Under the pieces are notes generated by a model. That model was not told where the DNA came from. It made no database searches and was given only the letters and a program-made list of their open reading frames with translations. DNA of 59,802 nucleotides, counting the filler, from Basidiobolus ranarum (lineage: Eukaryota): NCBI GenBank assembly GCA_040143965.1. It is 8 parts of 8 records of this genome, joined end to end, with 100 filler letters (N's around TTAATTAATTAA, not from the genome) between each part and the next. Parts side by side here need not be neighbours in the genome. Positions count along the whole stretch, not along the records: positions 37,493 to 44,866 come from JASJQH010001129.1; positions 44,967 to 52,336 come from JASJQH010001130.1; 6 more parts are not named here. The stretch is one strand, 5' to 3'. The translations under genes were made by a program, and so were the position numbers. Positions within the stretch are counted from its first letter, which is position 1. The number at the start of each line of letters is the position of its first letter. Positions 40,239 to 52,079 of the stretch are shown here, one piece after another.

Positions 40239-41623
40239 TCAATATATTTTTAGAAAGTCTGTATAAGGCCGTGGCTTTAGGTTAATTTCGTAACCCAGTG
40301 TTTCTAGGAGGCTAGTTAATTTGGGGCCAATTGGCCCAGTCAAGTAGTCACCACCCAGACGGATGTCTTGCAGGAGAGACTCCCCATACATTTGAGTAAA
40401 TCGCATCAAAAAATCGGAAGTATTTGTGTACGATTGATAGTCAAAATGAGTGATGACCGAGCCTGGAATGAAGGGCTTGAGAGATGTCTCTAAAAATATA
40501 TGGACATCTTTCTGCTGTGGTTTATGTTTGGCAAGAAATACAATCGAGTCTCTAGTTACAGCCAATCTTTTCATGCGCTCCACTAGTTTGTACACTGTTG
40601 AGTTAGATAGAGACGCAAGGAAATCGGCCTCATTGCGGTAAAATGATCCTGGCTTGGTAGCCTGGTTGAATGCCTGTGTCTGCAAGGAAAGAGGCTCCAG
40701 CGAAGGGAACTCTATTAAGTGCTGATCGAAAGCACTTTCAAAAAACCCGCTAAAGATCAGGCCTTCATTGGTTTGGTTGAAGAGAGGCATTGGAGTCAAT
40801 ATTGGAGATTGACTATTGAAGTGGTCCATCCAGTCAGTACTAATGCCAAACCCATGCATCATCTCATGAATCACCGCAAACAGAAAGTCGTTCTGGGTGG
40901 AGTTGATTGGTTTCTCGTCATCCTATTTGATTGAGAGAATCTTAAGACTTCAGCATTTAGAGTCGCAGTAGATGTTGCTTGAATATGCGAAATCAATACT
41001 AACCTCGAACCAGAAGTTTATATCGGAATTAAAGAGAGCAATGATATCATCTTTGTTGTATTCAGGATGTACCTTGAGCCCTTTCTGCTTTAATAGGGCT
41101 TGGGGGTACATTCTAGTGTTCCCATCCTTGCCCTGGTATGGCAGCATCCTGGCAGGATTTGCAGCACCTGGAGAGTTGTTAGTTTCTAGACGCTGCGAAA
41201 TAAGTTGATGAAGTTAGCCTTACCTACCACGCCGAATTCATTGCAACCTATTGTGAGCTCTTTACAGAAAGAAATAAATGAGGCGTTTACAGTCAGAGGA
41301 TGGTGAAGAGTCACCACATTGGTAATCAGTTCAAAGGCTTTGTTGAAAGAGGCCTTCACCTTATCACATTTTTGGGAGTGCGAAGTGCAATAGAAAGATA
41401 ACTCCATAGGAGCGCTCTTGGAGTTTGAAGTGGACACCGCTCTTTTCGAATTTCGAGCCACTGGAGCATCCACCAAGTCACATCCCTTAACAATCTTGAT
41501 TCCGTCATAGAGAGGGTTAAGCTGGTCGAGGCAAAACTGTCTTTCAGCATACATCTCTGTCAGTACAGTTAACGCCCCCAAGAGTAACCAACAAAAGTAG
41601 TGCGTGATGCGGAAAGGAAGCAT
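40239..41623 (-). CDS. Secreted putative zinc metalloprotease (HExxHxxG); exons 41623-41224, 41167-41004, 40922-40239; 415 aa
   Basis: Signal-like N-terminus (YFCWLLLGALTVLT), GAANPAR, YPQALLKQ, DIIALFNSD, DFLFAVIHEMMHGFG, PGSVITHFD and DFLM. Two GT-AG introns are in frame. Confidence 0.78.
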
Positions 41624-42430
41624 GCTCTCTATACGAAATGCATATCGTTCTTTGGGAGGGTGGCGAGGAGATTTCTTATAAGGGCAAAGCCTGCCCATTA
41701 ATTTTATTTCACCATGCGTCTCCAATGCAGCAGGTGTTCCTACTTTGAAACTTAATCCTCCGAATGTAAGAACACTCTCCAAGTACAATTACGGACCTTC
41801 AAACCTAACAGCATCCGATTTTCTAGGGAATTTTCTGTGATCTCAGACAGCAAAATGTACATGTTGTGGAGTGGGAGTTTGAAGTAAGAGCCATCCAATT
41901 CCTTTGTTGCTGCACAGTTGCAGGGTGAATGCTACCTTAGTTTAAGGTGAATTCGAATCTTGAAAGATCGCCAGGTATGCGGCTCCCAAATAGGTATTTC
42001 GGTGTAAGGTACTAGAAATCTGTCTACTGCGTTAGACTAATAGCTGCACATGCATGCCGAATGCATATACTAAGTAGCTTAGGAGCCTTCCATTACAATC
42101 ACGGTGCAATAGCTAATGACTATATCACTTCAAGCTGTGCTCTCAGCTCCTCCAGCATATTCATCCAAGTCTAATGGTGGGGAGCAATCCATTGAGCATA
42201 GTGGCAATTCTTGGATACTCTTATGTGCCCAGACGTGAATATGCTTGACTTTATATGAAATTCTTACTCATATATGATTCACTCGTAATATATTTTTCTA
42301 GTATTGCAACTGAAAGGCAATGTAGAAATTTCAAGCATGTAAATAAAAGACTGGCATACTGCAAGTATTTGGTTGAACATGTTAGCCTGGCCAATTCTGA
42401 CTTATCAAATAGCTACAGAATGCACTAATC

Positions 42431-44400
42431 TACTGAAATTAGTATAGTTTAAACACATATGTAGTCATTTATAGCTTAGTACTTAGTTATCCTATATATC
42501 ACTCGCTATTCTCAATTGGAGTTTACTTCAAATACTTCTACCAGCTTAGAAGTTCTCAGCTCATGTTCCTAGGACCACCCTTAACACATTCTACATGTTT
42601 GTTTGTTTACATCTTGACAAAACTATAAATGTCAACTTTTAACTCAAATCAATCAATAAGTGAAAACCACCAATTTCTCCAGTTCCCCAAACCACTTCCA
42701 ACAGGCCCCCAAAATACTTTAATAGGCTATAGGCCCAAGCTTGCACTCTCTGTAATGTCTACTTCTCAAATATCTGGAACTGATTCCTCCTCTGAAAAAT
42801 TGGATGGAATCAATTATCAAGTTTGAATACTTAAAATGAAAATGCTGTTGCAAGAACAACAACTTTAGAATACTATTGCAGGAGAAGAAAAAAACACAAA
42901 ATTTCTGAACCCAAAGTTTTACTCTAGGTTAAGAAAGAAGTAAGTGCCATCAATATACCTTTCATAATGTCAAGGACAAAGTGTTAATTCAGGGTTGTTG
43001 AGCCATAGCTGCTATGAAGGTATGGGGAGCCTTAGAAGACCCCTACCAAACAAATTCTGCTGCCCACAAGTTATTTCTAATAAGACAATTATTTAACTTG
43101 AGACTGAAGCCAGGAGAGGACTCAGAATCTCAGCTTAATAGAGACACTACTAAAGTGGATGAAATAGAATGCATTGGAGTACCTACTACTGAGCAAGATA
43201 TCATTGGGATCAAAGTATTCTGAACCATAGTTAACATTACTCTTTTGCAATATGAGTGTTTCTAAAAAAGCACCTATCATGCTGTTCCAAGCTCTTGGAG
43301 ATTGTTTTAATCCATATAGTGCTGTCATCATTTAATAAAGCTGGTTTAACATCCATTGGTTTTGTAACAAACTATTATTTAGACATGTTTGTTAAAATCA
43401 ATCCAATTAAGGTAAACTTTTCTATTGGAGAAAAAGTTTCCATAAGCTCTAATCCTGGTGCCTAGATATAGCCTTTGGCTACTAGTCTAGCCTTCTACCT
43501 TTCTTTAATGCTATCAGAGTTGTATTTAACTTTGAACACCCATCAGCAGCCAATCAATTTTCTATCATCTGGTGAGTTCATTAAAATCCATGTTTGATAA
43601 TTAATGAGTGCCTGGTATCCATCAGCCAATGAAGATCTCTGAAATTTTGTATGAGGGCCATTAAGGGCCTCTTTAATGGTCTGGGGTACATGTTATATAA
43701 AATGCATATGAAAAATATTCACCAAAGATGTCCTCAGATGATGACTTGATCCAATCATTCAAATCAAACAAAACCAAAACAATGAAAATAGTAGCATTTA
43801 TATGGACCCTTCAATTAAACTTATGGCTATTGAAGTGTCCAATACAATGTCAGAAGTTATAGTATCTTTATCTCAAACCAGGAAAGCAAATTGGATCCAT
43901 ATACATGAGTCTTTAAATTGGGCATTTGCTCAAGTAAATGATCCCCAACCTGTAAGAAAAGCCACAAATGGTCCTCACAAAAAATTCTGGAGATCTGCAA
44001 TAACTGATCAGTGCCATGCTGCAATAGTTATTCATGTTTATATTTAATGTAAACATGAATAACTACCTAATGATAGAAAATCAATTGGCTGCCAATGGGT
44101 GGTTAAAGTTAAGCTCAGATCTGATGGTAATAAAGAAAGATGTAAGGATATGCCTGTTGGCAAAGGCTATTCCCCTACATATGAAAAGGATTATACAGAA
44201 ACTTCTGCGCTTGTAACAAAGCTTAATTCAAGTTGAATGATTTTAGCAATTTTGGCTAAGTAAAAGTATAATATATTGAAATTGGCATTGTCTAAATACC
44301 TATATAGTCATATTTGGCTTGGTATTATGCTATCTTGTATTTCACTAAGGTGTCACCTGTTATTTTCACTTGGAATTTACTTGGATTTAAGTAGTGATTA
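42431..44400 (+). mobile_element. Rearranged Ty1/copia relics: 5' LTR (about 42431-42724), PBS, gag (+), inverted RT fragment (about 43222-43690, -), RT start (+) and a partial LTR (about 44275-44400)
   Basis: The LTR homolog is followed by GGCTATAGGCCC (decayed GGTTATG(A/G)GCCC-type PBS) and gag EKLDGINYQV*..MKMLL. The minus strand gives KARLVAKGY and ALYGLKQSPRAWN. Many stops. Confidence 0.85.
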
Positions 44401-44866
44401 TGAAGGAATAGTGCATTTTTTTAAACATGCATCACATGTTCCATATTTTTTAGGAATCAAACATCTGTTTATAAGGCCACCTCATCAGGACTAATATTCA
44501 ATTCTGATAAGTCAAGATGCAGCTTCACTGCTCAAAATAGAAATTATTAAGCTTTGGGAGAAAAAAATCAGAATATCTACAAACTTACCTATTGTCTAAG
44601 TAGCTTATGTATGATTATGATTTTCTCCAATCAATGAACTATTAACTTGAAGTATAAGAGATTTTGTCTACTTGGATTTGTGTCATGATTCTGATCTGGG
44701 CATACTGATCCACTACAAATAGAACTCCTCTGTTATTAGATTATGACATCATATATGCTGTGCCATCCCTTCTTGGCAATCTGGTGTCAGTTCATCCAGA
44801 TTACCTTATATGGAAATCATGTTCTTTGGAACATTCCATGAAATCTAACCAAACATGTCATCCCAC

Positions 44867-44966
44867 NNNNNNNNNNNNNNNNNNNNNNNNNNNNNNNNNN
44901 NNNNNNNNNNTTAATTAATTAANNNNNNNNNNNNNNNNNNNNNNNNNNNNNNNNNNNNNNNNNNNN
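44867..44966. other. Artificial contig-joining spacer
   Basis: N44-TTAATTAATTAA-N44. Confidence 0.98.
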
Positions 44967-45366
44967 GATGCCATTCAAGTACGCTGTGTTTATTTTCGTT
45001 ACTTCATACGAGGCTATTTGATGTGCATACTTTAAGTTAATTGGCACATATAAACTTTGTTGAAAGTATAAGTCTCGATGGTTATTGATAAGCTCTCGGT
45101 AGGTTCTTGACTTTGACGATTCTGTCTGTTTATTTGGTTTGTAATTCTGGAGAAGTGATAAGAAGACTTCTCTGTAAAAATCAACGTTGGAAAAATTTTC
45201 CCGGGCAAAGGCAGGGTCATTTTCCAATTCTTGAATAGGTGAACGTGTGCGTTACAAGGATATGGACGTTAGCCACGAGTGATTTGAGAAGCGGAACGTA
45301 CCGTGGCTTCCACCCAATACCAGTGATTGAGCTTTTGGCTGCTATAATCTTTAGAGGTGGTTCCAT
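44967..45366 (-). mobile_element. N-terminal part of a Fanzor1-like (TnpB-derived) protein, frameshifted near 45235 and cut by the contig start
   Basis: MEPPLKIIAAKSSITGIGWKPRYVPLLKSLVANVHILVTHTFT, then a frameshift, then IQELENDPAF...DFYREVFLSLL...YRELINNHRDLYFQQSLYVPINLKYAHQIASYEVTKINTAYLNGI. This resembles the WED/REC N-terminus of fungal Fanzor1 proteins as I recall them. The RuvC domain is not in the window. Confidence 0.7.
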
Positions 45367-45609
45367 AAAGAGAAGAAAAAGAGAAACAGCAAATTGACCT
45401 CTTTTTTAGTTAACAGATAGAAAATTTGTCTACAATTATTTTGTTCATTTATCTCAGTCATCTTATTACGTTTGCTTAGGTAGTTTTGGTGGACTTAGGC
45501 ACAAGAATGAATGCCAACATGAGAGTATGATGGGCATATAATTAATGATCATAAATGACGATGTTCTGTCCATATGCATATGATTAACAAACAAAAGTGC
45601 CCACTGCTC

Positions 45610-45650
45610 AATAATCTTTGGAGGTGGTTCCATAAAGAAAAGGGAGAGAA
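45610..45650 (-). repeat. Second, short copy of the Fanzor-like translation start
   Basis: ATAATCTTTGGAGGTGGTTCCATAAAGA (45610-45637) versus ATAATCTTTAGAGGTGGTTCCATAAAGA (45343-45370), followed by similar purine-rich tracts. Confidence 0.85.
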
Positions 45651-45887
45651 AAATGTATTACAACTTTTTCTTAAATACATCACTGCTATTGTCTTTTAGC
45701 AGATTATTTTTATTTAATGATGCCAACAATAATGTCTGAAAAAGAACCGGTTTGTCTCAAAAATAAGAGCAAATCATCTCGTTTTTTGTGTTGTACACGT
45801 CCCAGAAGAAAAGGTGAATCGTGTAATTTTAATTTTCAGATCATCTCAATTGGATTTCCAATCGTCTCATTTTAGAGTAAAACACTG

Positions 45888-46143
45888 TATTAAAACTAAT
45901 AAGCAAAAGAGGATGTTTTTACTATCTCGCTGACGAGTGCCTTCTGAGAATCATTACCAAATGGGATCAGCCTTGGGTCATTATCCTTCCGCTCCAGTTA
46001 TTACAGATCGCTCATAATCTGAATGAGCCTTTATAAAAGAGTGTGTCCTCGTTGGAAACCGAGATATACTTCGTCAACGCTTTTCAACAATGAGGCTGCT
46101 CACATTTATTTTGAGTTTAATACTGATATTCCAAGTAGTGGCC
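45888..46143 (+). repeat. About 256-bp direct repeat, copy A (copy B at 52080-52336)
   Basis: TATTAAAACTAATAAGCAAAAGAGG...CCAAGTAGTGGCC is present twice, with about 10 differences counted by eye. Confidence 0.95.
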
Positions 46144-46955
46144 TAGATATCAAGATACCACCTTATACCAATCAAAAATCCACTCCATACTAGTTGGAAT
46201 CTGGTGTCTATGTCTATTATTAGTCAACAGAACAGTAGCTGACGATACTCCCACTGGTTAGAACTTTCCATTCGAATCACTCGTTTCTGTGCATACCCAA
46301 GTTTAGTGAATGCTGGTGGCTTGTACTTGGTCTTGCTTGTGCAACTCTACCTACAAGTACTTGCATGGACCTGTCTATTGTAGACATCCAGAACTAATAT
46401 GGCTATACATTCATCATCGATTCTCTCACTATTGGCGCCAAATGAATATTTCCCATATCCGAACATCGAATATCTACATCTTAGGCTGCAATTGCGCTGA
46501 CCTTCCACCATGTGAATACCTGATCCACAAGGCACTACTGGAGAGATAACTCGGAAGTAACCCATGAATATATACACTTATGTTTTATTTTGCACCAAAA
46601 ACAAAATAAGCTCCCATTCAGAGCAAACAACTGAAGAGTGGAGAATAGTACAAGAAAACTAGATTCATGAGGATAGGAGTATATCGGCACTTTCAAAAGT
46701 AAAACTAGGCAAATATGAAAGTGATTGGTACCGCAATTGCCGAAAGATACCGAGATAATGGTTCTAACTTTGCTTTGTGTGATGTTAAATGTAGGATTGT
46801 GGTGGGCGTTAAGGTTAAAAGGTTGTGTGGAGTAGAAATATGAACAGTCTATGTGTTTAGTAAGCAGATAGAGTAATGCAACGACAAGTATAGCGCTTTA
46901 CAAGGAGGACTAGGAAATATTATAAATGCACCCATATTAAAGCAAACGATGTGAT

Positions 46956-48218
46956 TCATGATGTGGTGGCGGTCAATGAAATATTGCGAGAAGATGCTGG
47001 ATTCGTCTGAGATTGAGACCCGGAGCTATTGCTGTTAGTATCAGAGATATTTCGCTCCACACACCAGTGACGATGACCATCCGCCCAAGCTTTAGATTGA
47101 CATACTTTAGAGCAATATTTCGCCTTGCGGCATCTACGGCACTTGGAGAACTCTCTAGGAAATCTTTCCCACTTGCCACAAGTCATGTTTCCGCATTGTC
47201 TAATACCTCCTCGGGCTTCATCTTTTCGACAAGCATTGCGCATAATAATAGAAGCCCAACATTGAATTTCGGAACTGTGACCTCTACTGGTAAATTTCTC
47301 CACTAGACTGAAAACATTACATTCGAACTCGGTGTGTAAGCGTTGACGAAGATGGGGATACTTTGAAACGTATGCAAGTAGTTGTAAGGAAAGAAGAATA
47401 TCTTCCTCACGATATAAAACTTCCTCGGCGACACTATGAGTAGCAGAAACAACTTGTAGGCCAGGCTGACCATCGGATTCAGCTCGAGACAGAGCGGCCA
47501 TTTGATATAGTTGAGCAGTAGGAGTAGAAGGTTGAGAATCTTCGGATAATGTTTCAAAATCCATTGTTACGTTGGAAGAGCGTCCAAAAACGGGTTGTAT
47601 TCCGGAAGAACTATTGTTCAAGGAATTTTGAAGCTGCTGATTAGCAAGAGTACGACGCAAAGAAGGCAGATTTCTTTGAAATAGATGGCTTGCGTTAATA
47701 GATTCTTCATTACTTGGATCTTGGTTTAACTCGAGCGATAATGGAGTTTGACTGCTCGAACTAAGAAACGGATTTTCACTTGAAACTTGATCTACGCTTA
47801 TTTCCTGCGTTTCTTTTTCTTTCTCTAGTTTTACTTGGTCAACAGCTCTTTGGAAGCTTTTTAATATTTGAATAACAATATCGACCATTCCGGCGTCAAC
47901 AACTCTAGTACGGATAGCTTCAGTGCCACGGACACCTACATTTACTACACACTGAAAAGCCATAGACCATTTCCAGGCCTGTCGCTTATCATCCAGCTTC
48001 GTTGTTTTTAGAATACGAATTAGGCGTTCGAGACCACCATCCTTGGTTATTATTTCTCTGATACGAGGAGAGGTGCTTGTTAAATAGATTAAATGCGAAA
48101 GTGAATTGATGAGGGGAAGAATAGCAGTACAGTCCAGTGCTCTGCGATCATAAAGAGCAGATGTGATGGTGACGCATGCACGGTTCTGTGTAGGAAAGGA
48201 AAAGTTAGATTCTCTCAT
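46956..48218 (-). CDS. MUB1: MYND-type zinc finger protein samB/Mub1
   Basis: MRESNFSFP.QNRACVTITSALYDRRALDCT, LIYLTSTSPRIRE, AFQCVVNVGVRG and MRNACRKDE.RGGIRQC, with the MYND finger CGKWE...FSKCRRCRKAKYCSKVCQSKAW..GHRHWC. The likely ATG is 48218. Confidence 0.93.
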   Translation of the reverse strand: MRESNFSFPTQNRACVTITSALYDRRALDCTAILPLINSLSHLIYLTSTSPRIREIITKDGGLERLIRILKTTKLDDKRQAWKWSMAFQCVVNVGVRGTEAIRTRVVDAGMVDIVIQILKSFQRAVDQVKLEKEKETQEISVDQVSSENPFLSSSSQTPLSLELNQDPSNEESINASHLFQRNLPSLRRTLANQQLQNSLNNSSSGIQPVFGRSSNVTMDFETLSEDSQPSTPTAQLYQMAALSRAESDGQPGLQVVSATHSVAEEVLYREEDILLSLQLLAYVSKYPHLRQRLHTEFECNVFSLVEKFTSRGHSSEIQCWASIIMRNACRKDEARGGIRQCGNMTCGKWERFPREFSKCRRCRKAKYCSKVCQSKAWADGHRHWCVERNISDTNSNSSGSQSQTNPASSRNISLTATTS

Positions 48219-51200
48219 ATTAAAAAGGAACAAGGGAAAATTGAGGCTCAAGAGAAGGAAATCAAAGGTTACAAAATAAAAGAATGGCCACAAGAAATAG
48301 AATTGAGTACTTGTTGGTTATGAAGGAAAGTGGAATGGTTTTAAAAGAAAGACGAATCAAGAATATGGTAAGTAAAAGCGGTAAATCAATTGTGTTGTGG
48401 GTGTCACATCACCCCTATATATAAAGTGTACCGCAGTCGCACAATCTCAAAACTCAGAAACATTAGCGAATAACTATAGTCTAACAATGTATTGATTTAG
48501 AATTGATTAGTCAGATATATTAAGGCATATATAAAGGTGGAGTTAACTAGTTCTTTATTTGATACTTAGCACAAGGCATACATGGAATCTCCGCCAATCA
48601 GCGAGCAATAAAAGATCTCATATCTGAGTGAATTGGGGCTATGTTCTTAATCGAAAACACGGTTCTCATCAGTTGTTCGATTCCCCCATTTACACCTTAA
48701 TAACCGAAGTCACAGGAGAATTTGGCATTTCGATTATAATGCGTAATTGAGTCTTATTTGTGGAGGTTTAGGGCCATTTAGCTGCAATAATCCACGGAGT
48801 GTTTGACATATGCAATATAAACTATTCCAAACCTGTGTAGCCATAATTGGCATTTCGATAATGAGGGAATATAGTAAAATGGTATTACCAAATTGGCAGT
48901 CGAGTCATTGGAAAACGAAAAAGGAACTCCACTGAGATGAGATAACTATTTTGGAGATGAATTAACGAAGTGGACCCATTCGGTAAATAAGGAAACAGGT
49001 GCAGCTTGTTCGGAGAAAAGCACAATATACGGGATATAACGCAGCATCATTTGACCGGCTCGTTTTTAATTTAAAGTGAATATACTTTCCCACCATTTAT
49101 CACTATGTGGTGACGTTGGATTCCCATGATAGTGACTTGCCTACGGGTGTTGCAGCGCATCTTGGCTACTGTGGCAGAGGGAAGTGCCCGTGCATATTTG
49201 ACTACATACATTGCCTGAATGTTTCTTATCATTTGTATTTGTATAGCAAAGGTGTCGATCGCAGTACAAATATGGTGGAGAAATGGATAGGTCATTTCGA
49301 CTCACTGAGGTTGCAAAACTAGCTGTCCAACCTGATTGTACAGTTTATTTTACTACACTTCTAATGACCCACTGATCCAGCCAACACTGGTCGCCAGTTT
49401 TGCAGAGGCAGGTGGGACTGTTGACTTTTCACGTGGTTTGCGCCAAGCTAGTTTCTCGACATCTGCCCACAGTTTGTTTAATAGAGGGGGCTACAGCCCA
49501 TTCCAACCCTAGTTCTGGAGGAGATGAGATTCAGTACATGACTATTGCCCATGGGAAATCTTACTAACGAGACACCAACTTTGGATTCAGAAAGCCCTCC
49601 TATGGGTATTCCAATCATATGTCTCTATACTGAAGTGTAATGTTGGAAGGTACTTGCCAAGCTATATTCGTATGGATTTAGATAAATATAGGGGACTGTT
49701 TTCCCAACACCTCCGTTGCATTGTATTATGTGAAACATCACTAACATGCTTAACTCATCATAGGACTTAATCTAGGATCAACTGAAGCAAACCTTAAAAC
49801 ATATCCTGGGCTGATCTGACGAATCAGTGTAGGCAGTCTTCAAAGCTAGAATTCGCACTTTACATATAGGCGGAGAACCCCACCAGGGATGGATTCTTAG
49901 GTTCCAAAGCCATACAACAAGATAGAACCCTCATACATTCCCCCAGTTCATTGATTCATTAATGCCATATCCGTGTTAACAGTGGCGTAGGAGCAAGATC
50001 CAAGTTTGCATATTATTACTTTGACTCGGGGCTTGTATGGATCAAGATCTTCGCTTAGAAAGATTATTTCACATGTGGGAATCAGTCTAGTAACGATGCA
50101 ATCCACTCTTCATAAGCATTCTAGTGTAGGAAATCAAATGACACCATTCTTCTACCTTATCTGGCAGTATTCCCAAAAAGCAAGGATATCCAAGAATGAA
50201 CAGATGCCAGCTTCTTCACTACCATTAGCAGATTCTGATGGCCTGGGAAGATACAAATTACACTTCCCCTAGAAACATTTGTATCGAGAAGATCGCAAAA
50301 TGAGGGATTAGTACATATTATTGGTTTGGGAATCGCTGTGCAAGTATAGCACTGTTGAACACCTCAACGTTTTTAATAAACTACTTATTGGTGAGATGAA
50401 CTATTTTGGGCATTCCCAACCAATATCACGTGATTGGCGCAAGAAACCATATATGAGAATCAGGGTGTTGCGGTGTATCTCGTACATAAGCCTCAGCACC
50501 GTCAACTAATACTAAATGTGGTAACACCAAAATAGCACTATCGATGTTGCTTTCTGCCCAATAAATGTAATGATATGAGATGGTAAAGATCTATAATAAT
50601 AGTCACGAGTTGATTTCCATCACTAAATTGTACAACTGTGTAGATGGAAGGGACACAAGAATGGGAACCAAAAGTACTAGGCGAGAGGAACTCCGTACCC
50701 TTGCTAAGCTTGGCGATTTCCCCCAAGGCTATATGTATACAAGGTTATGCTTTCCGGGTATTGAGGATAGGTGATCTGCAAAACGGTAGGTATATAGAGT
50801 TCGAATATGCTTTTTCTCAGCTTGGAAGGTTAAACAAAACCTTCATTGTGCTTACTACACTACGACAGGCAACTAAATTCTCGATCTAAACGCAGCTGAC
50901 TCATCATTACTATTCAGAGTCGCAGCAGTACTGAAATTGAAAGCCAAACCACAAGGTACAGAAGGTGCCCGAAGCTGTTAATTCGCAATAGACGGTAGAG
51001 ATTCTGTATGTAGTACAATGGGACTTGTTAACATCCAGTCGATCATATGACTTTTCCATACCCATGTGTATTTGGAATCAAAAAGCTTATCCAGCCATCT
51101 TAAAAGCACGATTTTACTTGCTCACTGCCTTAACAACTCGGTAGACTCTCATTGGTGACTTGATAAAAGTATATGCCGTGCTACTAACAGAGTTACACAT

Positions 51201-52079
51201 AGTGAAGCTCCAAAAACCCGAGTTAAGCTCAGGCTTGGTATCTATATCCAACTCACTACTGTATATTCTAGACTAATACCGTAGCACATCCAATCTACCA
51301 CGTATTGGACAAATACACCAGGCAGTTGTATATATTATACATACAGTTGATGTGATATGTCCATTCTACAGCTGCGGTGATAAATGGAATGAAGTCAAAG
51401 CCATAAAGCAATCGTACAAACCATCCAAATAATCTATAAATATTATTTTCCTAGTATCCAAGCACACTCACTACACCAGATCTCCATTCATGGCATGCTG
51501 ATGGCTAGTTTTGGTTTACAGTCTTTGAGACCTGGATCGATTACAATTGGAAATCTCCGTTTTAATATGTGCAATCTTTGCTTGGTAGTGCTCTCCTTCA
51601 TGATATGTTATTCAAGGATAGAGCAGTGCACGCTGCTTCTAAGTATGCCCTTCGATCAGCAGATGTGATGTCAAGATAGATATTGTATTTGATTGTTGTG
51701 ACTCTAACAACAGCAACTTCGATGCTTGCCTTCAAACTGGAGTTTTGGAGGTGAACCATCCATAGGTGGCTTAGCTCTTTTCATCAATCATGGATCGGTT
51801 TCAGTGCTCAAGTTTTGTATACGCCATAGATGAGGCGTTCGATGGCATTGGCTTCGGCTTGCACCTATTTCTAAGAAAGCCGCATTAATATTTCAAGTTT
51901 GATGGCCAAAAATCACATACTGGTAGTCCTTGAGACAACCAGTACTTCGCAAGCTTGAATGGGTTCCAGAGTCAAGTTCTGATCGAATATCCGAATTTCA
52001 ATGATACTTACGTACATGATTATATGGCATTACGACCATACGCATTCGGCGTCTCAGGTAAAACAAGAATAACTCTGAA

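Noticed and set aside
49000-52050. Moderately GC-rich DNA with short ORFs and intron-like signals upstream of MUB1
   Set aside because: It may be an old pseudogene, but I could not recover any recognisable protein motif in any frame.
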